Part shown: one piece after another, positions 29,235-37,840 of the stretch
Position numbering within the stretch: position 1 is the stretch's first letter
How the letters are laid out: each line of letters opens with the position of its first letter
Origin: Sedimentisphaerales bacterium
GTDB taxonomy: Bacteria; Planctomycetota; Phycisphaerae; Sedimentisphaerales; Anaerobacaceae
Assembly (NCBI GenBank): GCA_040772485.1
Contig: JAXGYC010000008.1
Coordinates: 480,001-544,000 of the forward strand
DNA: 64,000 nucleotides
Direction: 5' to 3'
The notes under the pieces: model-generated
The model's input: only the letters and a program-made list of their open reading frames with translations
Database searches by the model: none
What the model was told of the DNA's origin: nothing
Translations under genes and position numbers: made by a program

Positions 29235-32200
29235 TCAACTGACGGTGACGACGAGCCCTTCGTTGCTGATACTGTAGTCGAAGAAGCGGGCCCGCTCGTT
29301 CGGCGGCTCGGTCTGGAGCATGCGGCGGACCTTCGCGGCATCGGAGCCCGACTTGCAGACCATCAGAAGGAAGCCGCCTCCGCCGGCGCCGAGCAGCTTG
29401 GCCCCGTGGATGTGCGGCCGGACACGCGCCAGCAGCGCCTCGATCTGTGCATTGCTGCTGTTCGGGTCCAACCGCTTGTTGAGCTGCCAGGCGGCCTCAA
29501 CCAGATGCCCGAACCGCGCGAGGTCCTTGCGAATGAAGGCGTCCATCACCTCCCGCGCGACCTGCCCGATGTGCGACAGCGTCGCCATCGTGGCCCGTTC
29601 ACGATTCAGATACCGGCCCACCACCTGCTGAAGGATGTTCTTGGCCAGCCGTGTGATCCCGGTATAGTACAGCAGCGTCACCTTATCATTACACATCGGG
29701 TCTATAATATCCGCTGGCACGTAATGGATGTGCGCGTCCGGGACCATGCCCGCCTGCGACACGATCATCTTGACGCCGTCGACGACGCCTCCGATCTGGT
29801 CCTGCCAGCCTCCGCCGGTGGTCAGCGCCTGCTCGAGGCGCAACACCTGGTGGAACAGCTCCCGCTGCGAGAGGTCCTTGCCGACGACCCGCGCGATCGC
29901 GGCGGTAATCACCGCGCCCATGATACTGGAGGTTCCCAGGCCGCTTCCCTTGGGAATGGCGGCCAGGGTCGTCAACTCGATTCCGCCTCCAAAGTCCTCC
30001 AGCGCCTTTCGCAGGGAACCCGCCTCCGACCGGCCGCCCGGTCGGGGCGACAGGCCCGATAACGCCAGGGCCGCCTTGGCCAAGGCAAAACTGCCGGTGG
30101 CTTTGCGGTAGTCCAGCAGGTCCTCGAACCGGCGAACCTCGATGCGAACGCCCAAGTCGATCGAGCCGATGCGGATGACCGGCTCGTCGATCACGCGGAC
30201 GTACGCCTGGATCGGCGGCTGTCCGTTGAGGTTGACCGCCGCGTTCACCACGCAGCCGCCCCACTCGAGCGAATAGGGAGGCGTGTCGGTCCAGCCCCCG
30301 CCGATATCGAGCCGCGCCGGCGCGCGGGCCCAGACGATCTCATCGCTGCGCAGCACGCTGCGAGGCGACGCCGCTTCGACGATCCCGCTGCCGACGATCG
30401 ACCGCTCCAGCACCTCAAACGCCGCCTGCTGCGCCCGCTGTGACCATGCCAGAATCGACGTGTTGCGCGTCGGAAGCAGGCCGAGAGATTTCAGCCATTT
30501 ACACTGAGTTCGCGTCAACTCCTCTTCGATGCCGCCAAGCACCTCGACCGCCGGCGCATCGCGACCTTCACACAGGCGGGCCAGAGCCGATCCCAGCGTG
30601 TGCAGGACTCGGGAGAAGGTCAGCGCGGCCATGCCGTGATTCTCCCGGCTCTCGCAATACCGATGTGCTTCCTTCAGAATATCGGCGATCCAGGCCGCGA
30701 CGTCGTCCCGGTCGCGCAGCAGCGAGGCCAACTCCTGTGAGGAGAACTTGCTTTCCGGCCGGAACATCCGGCGCCAGGAGCGGCGGATCTCCTGCGCCCT
30801 GATCCGGCTGCGACGACGGTAGAACTCGACGTGATCGGCCATCGCCAGAATCTGTTCGAGGCTGTACCGGTCGGCCGTCCGCCAGGCGGAACGTTGCTCC
30901 TGCGAAGCAGCCGGTGGGTCGAACATCCACAGCCAGCGACGGTAGTCGCTGTGCACCTTCACCGCGGGAAACAGGCGGGCATTCCAGATACTCCGCTCAT
31001 TCGCTGCGACCCGACGATCCCAGACATCCTGGGGCTTGGCGCCGACGTCGGCCAGCCAGCCAAGCAGGTCTTTGCCGCAAAAGACAGCACCCTGGCCGGC
31101 TGGCTCCTTGAGCGCATCGTCGATTCCGTAGCAGCGAACGAACCAGACCCGGGCCGCATCGCGGTCGCGCCCTTCGATCACATCGACACATGCGCCCGCC
31201 GGCACCACCAGCGGCTGCTCGACATCGACGCCGACGACCACGTTGCCCCCACCCAGAGTCAGCGAGGACGCGATCCGGCAGCCCTCGACCCAGGCGCCGG
31301 TCCCCTGGACCGTCGCCGGTGGCACGACCTCGTTGTTGATATCGAGGTAGGTTTGCAGGAAGGAGATGCCCCGATCCTCCTGGAGCAGCCGGGTTCCGTT
31401 GCTGAGAATCCCCCTGCTGCTGCCGAAGTCGAGGAAGTCGCAGTGCTTGAGCAACTGCACGCTGAATGGCGTTTCGCCCAGCACGTCGAACAGCTCCGCC
31501 AACATGGTGTCCGACCACCTCGAGCCGCTGCCGCGTGCCGACTTGACGTAGTCTTCCAGACGGGTCTGCGTCCCCATCGCACAGCAAATCTCGCGGTAGA
31601 AGTCGAGCCCGCGCTCCAGCACCGCCCTGCCCCGCCTGCCCGCCAGGACCAGGCCGCCCCGCTCGTCGCGGCGAGCGCCGAAGACTTGCAGCAGGCGAAC
31701 CGCCGTGGCGGCGTCGAAGTGCATCACGCCGATGTCCAGACAGCTCTGTCCGTACGCGTTGATCGCTCCGTGGGCCTTCTGCTCGGGGATGGAAGGCTTT
31801 TGCAGGTACAGGCTCACCTCGTCGGCCGGTCCCTGGCAGAACACGCCGTGCCGGCTCGCCTGCTCGGGACTGGCGTAGCATGCGAGCCCCGTGATGCCCT
31901 GCTTCGTCAGGCGGATGTCCGACGGATCGAATCGCAACAGGACGTCGCCCGAGGCGATCACCACCTGCCCCTGACCGTGCTGCGGCGCCGGCAGCGCCAG
32001 GTACGTGGGTAACTGGCGGTCGAACAAGCTCAGGCACACGGCGCTGTCGTTCTCGCCGGGAACGGGAATGAACACCTTGCCGCACGGACCGTACGCAGGC
32101 AGGCGTCGCGAATCCCCGCCCGCGTGGACAATCAGGATGCGCAGCTCGCCCAGCGCCTCTTCCCAGCGATGCGGGCCGGGCTTTTCCGGACCTGGAGCAA

Positions 32201-32414
32201 GCTGCCTTCGCAAGACCTCCATCAGGCAGTAGAGCGTGCTGCCCCCGCTGCCGACGCGTCGGCCGCCCGGGTCAGGGACCACGATGGCCTCGCGAACGTC
32301 GCTGAGCAGTCCAAGTTCCCGCCGGACCGCCAACTGTGATTCGTAGGCCTTGGCCTGCGCCTCGTTGGAGGCGGTGACAATCAGGTAATCCCAGGAACGG
32401 CCGCGTGCCTGCAT
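29235..32414 (-). CDS. fkp: Bifunctional L-fucokinase / GDP-fucose pyrophosphorylase-like protein
   Basis: N-term VGSGGST, HAGGDSRRLPAY pyrophosphorylase motifs; C-term GHMP kinase ARLDIGGGWTDTPPY, PKGSGLGTSS, TGGGWQDQ, KLLGAGGGG. Confidence 0.88.
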   Translation of the reverse strand: MQARGRSWDYLIVTASNEAQAKAYESQLAVRRELGLLSDVREAIVVPDPGGRRVGSGGSTLYCLMEVLRRQLAPGPEKPGPHRWEEALGELRILIVHAGGDSRRLPAYGPCGKVFIPVPGENDSAVCLSLFDRQLPTYLALPAPQHGQGQVVIASGDVLLRFDPSDIRLTKQGITGLACYASPEQASRHGVFCQGPADEVSLYLQKPSIPEQKAHGAINAYGQSCLDIGVMHFDAATAVRLLQVFGARRDERGGLVLAGRRGRAVLERGLDFYREICCAMGTQTRLEDYVKSARGSGSRWSDTMLAELFDVLGETPFSVQLLKHCDFLDFGSSRGILSNGTRLLQEDRGISFLQTYLDINNEVVPPATVQGTGAWVEGCRIASSLTLGGGNVVVGVDVEQPLVVPAGACVDVIEGRDRDAARVWFVRCYGIDDALKEPAGQGAVFCGKDLLGWLADVGAKPQDVWDRRVAANERSIWNARLFPAVKVHSDYRRWLWMFDPPAASQEQRSAWRTADRYSLEQILAMADHVEFYRRRSRIRAQEIRRSWRRMFRPESKFSSQELASLLRDRDDVAAWIADILKEAHRYCESRENHGMAALTFSRVLHTLGSALARLCEGRDAPAVEVLGGIEEELTRTQCKWLKSLGLLPTRNTSILAWSQRAQQAAFEVLERSIVGSGIVEAASPRSVLRSDEIVWARAPARLDIGGGWTDTPPYSLEWGGCVVNAAVNLNGQPPIQAYVRVIDEPVIRIGSIDLGVRIEVRRFEDLLDYRKATGSFALAKAALALSGLSPRPGGRSEAGSLRKALEDFGGGIELTTLAAIPKGSGLGTSSIMGAVITAAIARVVGKDLSQRELFHQVLRLEQALTTGGGWQDQIGGVVDGVKMIVSQAGMVPDAHIHYVPADIIDPMCNDKVTLLYYTGITRLAKNILQQVVGRYLNRERATMATLSHIGQVAREVMDAFIRKDLARFGHLVEAAWQLNKRLDPNSSNAQIEALLARVRPHIHGAKLLGAGGGGFLLMVCKSGSDAAKVRRMLQTEPPNERARFFDYSISNEGLVVTVS

Positions 32415-32436
32415 GGCGATCTGCCTTCCCACCACC

Positions 32437-33411
32437 CTATTTCGTCCCCATGTGCTCGCGGTGCTCGGCGATGATGCAACGCAGCGTCCGTTCGAGGTCC
32501 GTCTTCGGTTTCCAGCCGATCGTCTTTCGAATCCGCTCGGTGCATGGAACGCGACGCATCATGTCTTCGATGGGCCGTCCGTAGGCGACCTCATACGGTA
32601 CGAACTCCTGCACGCTGCGGCTGCCGGTCAGCTCGACCACCTTGTCGGCCAATTGCCTGATGCTCACCTCTTCCGAAGAGCCCACGTTGAAGATCTGCCC
32701 GACCGCCTCCTCGCACTGCATCAGGCCGATCACCGCATCGACCACATCCTGGACGTAACAGAAACAGCGGCTCTGCTCGCCCGTCCCATAAATGCAGATC
32801 GGCTCATCCTTCAGCGCCCACTGGACGAAGCGAGGCACCACCATCCCATAGCGCCCGGTCTGCCGAGGGCCGATGGTATTGAAGAACCGGGCGATGACCA
32901 CGTCCAGGCCGTACTGCTGGTAGTAGGCCTGGCCCAGGAACTCGTCGATCGCCTTGCTGCACGCATAGGACCACCGCGACAGGCTCGTGCTGCCCAGCAC
33001 GATGTCGTCTTCTTCGCGAAACGGGATGGCCTCGCTCTTTCCGTAGACCTCGCTCGTTGAGGCGATCAGAACGCGTCGACCGAACTTGTTGGCGATCGCC
33101 AGGACGGTTTCGGTGCCGCCGATGTTGGTCTCGATCGTCCGCACGGGGTCGTCGGCGATCAATTGCACGCCCACCGCCGCAGCCAGATGGAAGATCACGT
33201 CGCATTCGGCCGCCAGCAACTGAACCAGCGACACGTCGCGGATGTCTCCTTTGACGAATTGCAGCTTCGGATGGCTGCGAAAGGCTTGAAGGTTCTCCAG
33301 CCGACCGGTGCTGAGGTTGTCGAGGATGACCACTTCCTGACCGTCGCCCAGCAACCGCTCGGCCAGGTGCGAACCGATGAAGCCCGCGCCGCCCGTAATC
33401 AACGCTTTCAT
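32437..33411 (-). CDS. NAD-dependent nucleotide-sugar epimerase/dehydratase
   Basis: TGGAGFIGSH, STSEVYG, YACSK (YxxxK), RFFNTIGPRQ. Confidence 0.92.
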   Translation of the reverse strand: MKALITGGAGFIGSHLAERLLGDGQEVVILDNLSTGRLENLQAFRSHPKLQFVKGDIRDVSLVQLLAAECDVIFHLAAAVGVQLIADDPVRTIETNIGGTETVLAIANKFGRRVLIASTSEVYGKSEAIPFREEDDIVLGSTSLSRWSYACSKAIDEFLGQAYYQQYGLDVVIARFFNTIGPRQTGRYGMVVPRFVQWALKDEPICIYGTGEQSRCFCYVQDVVDAVIGLMQCEEAVGQIFNVGSSEEVSIRQLADKVVELTGSRSVQEFVPYEVAYGRPIEDMMRRVPCTERIRKTIGWKPKTDLERTLRCIIAEHREHMGTK

Positions 33412-33598
33412 TAGACCGCAGCCCTCATAGACCCGATGTGTGAAGAATTCTCACCGGGGAACGGTAACCGATTCGCGTCTCGCTGGCAATCGTCTCTTTC
33501 GATGGACTCCGTCCCCGTCGGCAGCGCGAAGGCGCACAGCCGGCCTGGCGGCAACGCCCGACCCGCCCGGGCGACGCATGCTTTTCTCCCTTGCCTAA

Positions 33599-33627
33599 GT
33601 ATCGGAATCGAAAGAACATAGCTTGAG
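33599..33627 (-). promoter_or_regulatory. Putative sigma28 (FliA/WhiG-type) promoter facing the glycan operon
   Basis: Minus strand TCAA-N16-TCCGATAC versus consensus TAAA-N15/16-GCCGATAA. Confidence 0.45.
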
Positions 33628-33961
33628 ACAAACCCGCCTGAGGCACCCTGCGAACCGCGTCGTCCGGCTGCTTCGATTCCTGCCGGGAATGCCCCGATAA
33701 TACGGACTGTCGTGTACAGTTGATGGCCCCCGACCGCCGCGTGTCTGGACTGTGCCAACGCCGCTCGGCCATCGCCCACTCAAGCCCCCCCAGCGGCCGA
33801 ACAAACGCCTCTCTTATCGGGCCGATGAAGGAGCCCCTCTCCAAACGAACCGCAGGACAATCACCTCGTCCCGCTCCCATTTCTCCAGCTTCGCACGCAA
33901 GCCGTCAGCCCATGCGTCCGAAAGAGCAGGATGTGCACCGTGAAAGATCGCCACGCAGGAG

Positions 33962-35764
33962 ATGCCTTTGCACAGAGCGCGCTTGAGTCTGTTGCTGCCG
34001 CTTCTCCTGGCCGTCTTCGTGCAAACGTCGACCGGCCAGGACCGGACCATTTCCTCGGCCGAGCTGTTGGACAAGCTGCACGGCATGTGGCTGGGCCAGC
34101 TCATCGGCAACGCCGCAGGACGCGCGACGGAGGGCCTCTATTCCGGCGCCGAGCCCAATCCGAATCCTTCCGTCCCGTGGGTTATCAAGCAGGCCTGGGA
34201 CGCGGACGACGACACCGACATCGAGTACGTCACCCTGCACATCCTTGAGAGCTGCGGTTTCGACTGCGACGCCAATGACATCGCGGGACAGTGGCTCGAC
34301 CACGTCACACCGGATGGGATCTTCATCGCGAACAGGCAGGCGTGGTACCTGATGCGTGACGGCTATCGGCCGCCCGACACGGGCAGCCGCCACTACAACC
34401 CACACTGGTATTCGATCGACGCACAGATCGGAACCGAGATGCTGGGCGCCCTGTCCCCCGGAATGCCCCAGACCGCCATCGACCTCGTCGGGACGTTCGG
34501 ACGGGTTACCAACGCCGGCTTTGCCGTCCATGCGGCTCAATTCTACGCCGCCCTCTACGCCGAGGCGTTCTTCGAGCCGAATGTCCCGGCGCTGGTCCTA
34601 AACGCCCTGGCCGCCCTGCCGCCCGACAGCCGCACGACCCAGGTCATTGCCGACATCTGCGACTGGTATCGGCAGGACGCCCTCGACGGCGCCCTCGACT
34701 GGCGTGCTACGCGGACCAGGCTCTACGACAACTACCAGGGGGCGCGCAGCTTCGGACGCTACTACAACTGGGTCGAGTCCACTATCAATACTGGTGCGAC
34801 GGTATTGTCGCTCCTCTACGGCCAAGGTGACTTCGAACAAACCGTCCAGATTGCCGTCCTGGCAGGCTGGGACTGCGACTGCAACCCCGCGACGGCCGGT
34901 GGTCTGCTCGGCATCATCCACGGCTTGGCCGGACTGCCCCGCAGCCTGACCGATCTCGACGTCTGCGGCGATTCCTACGTGAACGTGGCCCGCCCGGGCC
35001 TGCCGGACGCCGGCGCCCCCCTGCCCCAATCCGAATCCATTCACAGGATCGCCCAGCGGACGCTGGCCCTGGCCCAGGAGAACATCCTCCGCAATGGCGG
35101 GCGGCTCACACCTGGCCGCTTCACTTCTTGCTGCCACATCGCCAGGCACGACAGCCCGCGTATCAACACCTACACGCCGGCCATTCTCGGACCCTATGAC
35201 CTCGTTGCCGCTGCGCTCGAAGCCGGACTGAGCGTCACAGCGCATGCATCTGTCGCGCGATTCGACCCGACGAGAGACAGGAACAACCTCGCCTCCATCA
35301 TCGACGGGGTCATCGACAATTCCCACAACGGCGTCAAACCCTACTGGACGAACGATCCCGCCGATCCGAACGCACCTGCCGAAGCCTGGTTCGAGGTTCG
35401 CTTCTCCTCGCCCGTCCTTCTCGCCGGCGTCACTCTCTATGGCGGCGACTTGGTATGGTCGCACATCAACACCGACTACCGCGAGGACCAGCCGCTTGGC
35501 GGCCCACTCGAAGCCATCGACGTCGCAATCCTCCGGGACGGCGTCTATCTACCGCCGGACGACATCGTCCTCCACACACCCAAAAGTTGGTTGCCTATAT
35601 ACCAGACCGTTGCCGTCACCTTTGCCCCGGCTGTAGCAGACGGCATCCGGCTCACATGTACACCCGCCCGCGCCGGCCGCTTTGCGACAATCCTCGAACT
35701 GTCTCCCCACGGGGCCATTCTGCCGTCTCCTGATGCTCAAGTCGCGCCCTTATTCCGCCGATGA
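33962..35764 (+). CDS. Exported ADP-ribosylglycohydrolase family protein with C-terminal beta-sandwich domain
   Basis: Signal peptide; GMWLGQLIG, DDDTDIE, IDAQI, GWDCDCNPATAGG. Confidence 0.85.
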   Translation: MPLHRARLSLLLPLLLAVFVQTSTGQDRTISSAELLDKLHGMWLGQLIGNAAGRATEGLYSGAEPNPNPSVPWVIKQAWDADDDTDIEYVTLHILESCGFDCDANDIAGQWLDHVTPDGIFIANRQAWYLMRDGYRPPDTGSRHYNPHWYSIDAQIGTEMLGALSPGMPQTAIDLVGTFGRVTNAGFAVHAAQFYAALYAEAFFEPNVPALVLNALAALPPDSRTTQVIADICDWYRQDALDGALDWRATRTRLYDNYQGARSFGRYYNWVESTINTGATVLSLLYGQGDFEQTVQIAVLAGWDCDCNPATAGGLLGIIHGLAGLPRSLTDLDVCGDSYVNVARPGLPDAGAPLPQSESIHRIAQRTLALAQENILRNGGRLTPGRFTSCCHIARHDSPRINTYTPAILGPYDLVAAALEAGLSVTAHASVARFDPTRDRNNLASIIDGVIDNSHNGVKPYWTNDPADPNAPAEAWFEVRFSSPVLLAGVTLYGGDLVWSHINTDYREDQPLGGPLEAIDVAILRDGVYLPPDDIVLHTPKSWLPIYQTVAVTFAPAVADGIRLTCTPARAGRFATILELSPHGAILPSPDAQVAPLFRR

Positions 35765-35853
35765 ACCCGTCGACGGATCGCGATCCACACTCCGGCTGGC
35801 ACACCAGCCGGTCGCGATGCAAGATCGACCGAAGGGCATAGGAACTCGCAACA

Positions 35854-36297
35854 ATGAACCCGACAGATCCATCCACCCACATGATACGGCACTTCAGCCT
35901 GGGTCTTGACGACCCCCGCCCACTCACACTCGCGGGTCGAATCCAGAGCTTCCGTTGTGCCGCACGCGGCGTCCGCCTCATGCTCCGATCCCAGCACAAT
36001 GCCTGGCTGCACGCCGTGGCCTCCTGTTGCGTCCTCATCGTCGGAGGCCTGTGTGTGTTGACCGCCGCCGAATGGTGTTGGATCATCCTCGCTATTATGG
36101 CCGTCTGGACAGCCGAGGCTCTTAACACCGCTCTCGAATTACTTGCCGACGCTGCGGCGCCAGAGTTTCACCCCGTCGTCGGATACGCCAAGGACGTGGC
36201 CGCCGGCGGGGTCCTGATCTCCGCCATGGGCTCCGCAATCGTCGGCGTCCTCGTCCTCGGACCGCATGTTCTCCGTTCGCTGCGCTCCGCCCTCTGA
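35854..36297 (+). CDS. dgkA: Diacylglycerol/undecaprenol kinase family protein
   Basis: SFRCAARG, EALNTALE, AKDVAAGGV. Confidence 0.88.
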   Translation: MNPTDPSTHMIRHFSLGLDDPRPLTLAGRIQSFRCAARGVRLMLRSQHNAWLHAVASCCVLIVGGLCVLTAAEWCWIILAIMAVWTAEALNTALELLADAAAPEFHPVVGYAKDVAAGGVLISAMGSAIVGVLVLGPHVLRSLRSAL

Positions 36298-36306
36298 GCA
36301 GTTCGA

Positions 36307-36322
36307 TGTTTCACGTGGAACA
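36307..36322. promoter_or_regulatory. parS: parS site
   Basis: TGTTTCACGTGGAACA, canonical chromosomal parS. Confidence 0.92.
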
Positions 36323-36583
36323 AGGCATCTCACGAATGGCCGCAATACTCATGCGCATAGCGCCCCCCTTATTGTCCTGTTTGTTGCCCCACCTGTTCCC
36401 GAGCGCTCCATAGCGCCGACTACCACCCCGCGATCTACGCCGTCTACCTATATAGTCACCCGAGCCGATCTCGATCAGGGCTTTACCACGCCTTGCTGCT
36501 CAACGCAGTCCCCCGTTACCCTGTTCGCCGGGTGATCACCTCCCGCACCCAGAACCTACCTGCTGCCCATCCTCCTTGCTTCG

Positions 36584-36599
36584 TGTTCCACGTGGAACA
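36584..36599. promoter_or_regulatory. parS: parS site
   Basis: Perfect palindrome TGTTCCACGTGGAACA just upstream of parB. Confidence 0.92.
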
Positions 36600-36740
36600 A
36601 CGTTGCCGATATACCGTCACGTCGAAACAATTCAACTTTGCCGCGCACGTTTTCCGAAATAGTCCTTGAGGGCCTGCGAAGGCGCACATACAATCAGCCC
36701 TCGCTTTTTTACACAGAACCTGATACCGTGAAGGAGCAGC

Positions 36741-37694
36741 ATGATGATGAGCGGAAAGGGCGACAAGCCCCGTCACCTCGGCAGGGGGCTCGACTCCCTG
36801 CTCAGTCCTCTGTCCTCTTTTGAAACACTGCCGCCCGAGCAGCCACAGTCCTCTCCGGTTACGCCGAATTTCCCACCGGACAAGGAGCTCGACGCCTCCT
36901 TCCACGAACTGCCCCTCGATTCCATCGGCCCGAACCCTTACCAGGCCAGGACCGTCTGGAACGAGGAGGACCTCCTCGAGCTGACAGACTCCATTCGCGC
37001 CAACGGGGTAATCCAGCCCGTTATTGTTCGTCCCTTCCAAGGTCGCTACCAGCTCATAGCCGGAGAGCGCCGTTTTCGCGCTGCTCAAATGGCAGCTCTC
37101 CCGGCCATCCCCGCCGTTGTCCGCGAGGTCACCGACGAGCAGCTCTTCGAGTGGTCGCTCGTTGAGAACATCCACCGCCGCGACCTCAATGCCATTGAGC
37201 GTGCCAAAGCCTACCAGCGCTATCTCAACGCCTTCTCCCTGACCCAGGCCGACGCGGCCGAACGCCTTGGCGAGGACCGCTCTGTAATCGCTAACTACTT
37301 GAGATTGCTGGACTTACCTGAGGACGTCAGGCAGATGCTCGTTGACGGAACGCTGTCGATGGGTCATGCCCGAGCGATCCTCGGCCTGCCCACCGATGAC
37401 CTCAGGCGCAAGCTCGCCAACCGCGCCATGGCCGGCCGGCTCAGCGTTCGCGACGTCGAGAGGCTCGTCCGCAAGCACCTCAGCGAGTCGCCTTCGAACG
37501 ATCGTGGGGCACGCGCCAAGCCCATGCACATCCGCGATCTCGAGGACAAGCTCAAGCGCCATCTCGGCGCTCGGGTGGCCATCGAGACCCGCCGCAACGG
37601 CCAACGCGGCCGGATCGTCATAGAGTTCGATTCGATCGACGAGTTCGCCCGCATCGCCGAATCGCTCGGCTTGGCCTGCACCGAGGACGTGTAG
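36741..37694 (+). CDS. parB: Chromosome partitioning protein ParB/Spo0J
   Basis: LGRGLDSLL, PNPYQAR, GVIQPV, IAGERRFRA, ENIHRRDLNAIE, HTH with ANYLRLL, GHARA. Confidence 0.96.
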   Translation: MMMSGKGDKPRHLGRGLDSLLSPLSSFETLPPEQPQSSPVTPNFPPDKELDASFHELPLDSIGPNPYQARTVWNEEDLLELTDSIRANGVIQPVIVRPFQGRYQLIAGERRFRAAQMAALPAIPAVVREVTDEQLFEWSLVENIHRRDLNAIERAKAYQRYLNAFSLTQADAAERLGEDRSVIANYLRLLDLPEDVRQMLVDGTLSMGHARAILGLPTDDLRRKLANRAMAGRLSVRDVERLVRKHLSESPSNDRGARAKPMHIRDLEDKLKRHLGARVAIETRRNGQRGRIVIEFDSIDEFARIAESLGLACTEDV

Positions 37695-37706
37695 GACAGC
37701 CCCCAT

Positions 37707-37736
37707 AAAAAAGCCCGCCAAGACCCTCGCGGGCGT
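37707..37736. terminator. Possible intrinsic terminator hairpin after parB
   Basis: AAAAAA-GCCCGC...GCGGGC stem. Confidence 0.4.
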
Positions 37737-37840
37737 CTTGACATGCCAATTCGTGGTATAATGTACTCCGTGCCCCTGCCGTGGCTCGTTGGGCAGGGCG
37801 GCTCAGTATCCGAACAACCGCATTTGAAAAGAGGTCTCCT

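Noticed and set aside
36707..36715. DnaA-box-like TTTTACACA (and TTATGCACA at 59327-59335) as oriC evidence
   Set aside because: Isolated boxes, no cluster, no AT-rich unwinding element and no dnaA; oriC itself cannot be placed in this window.
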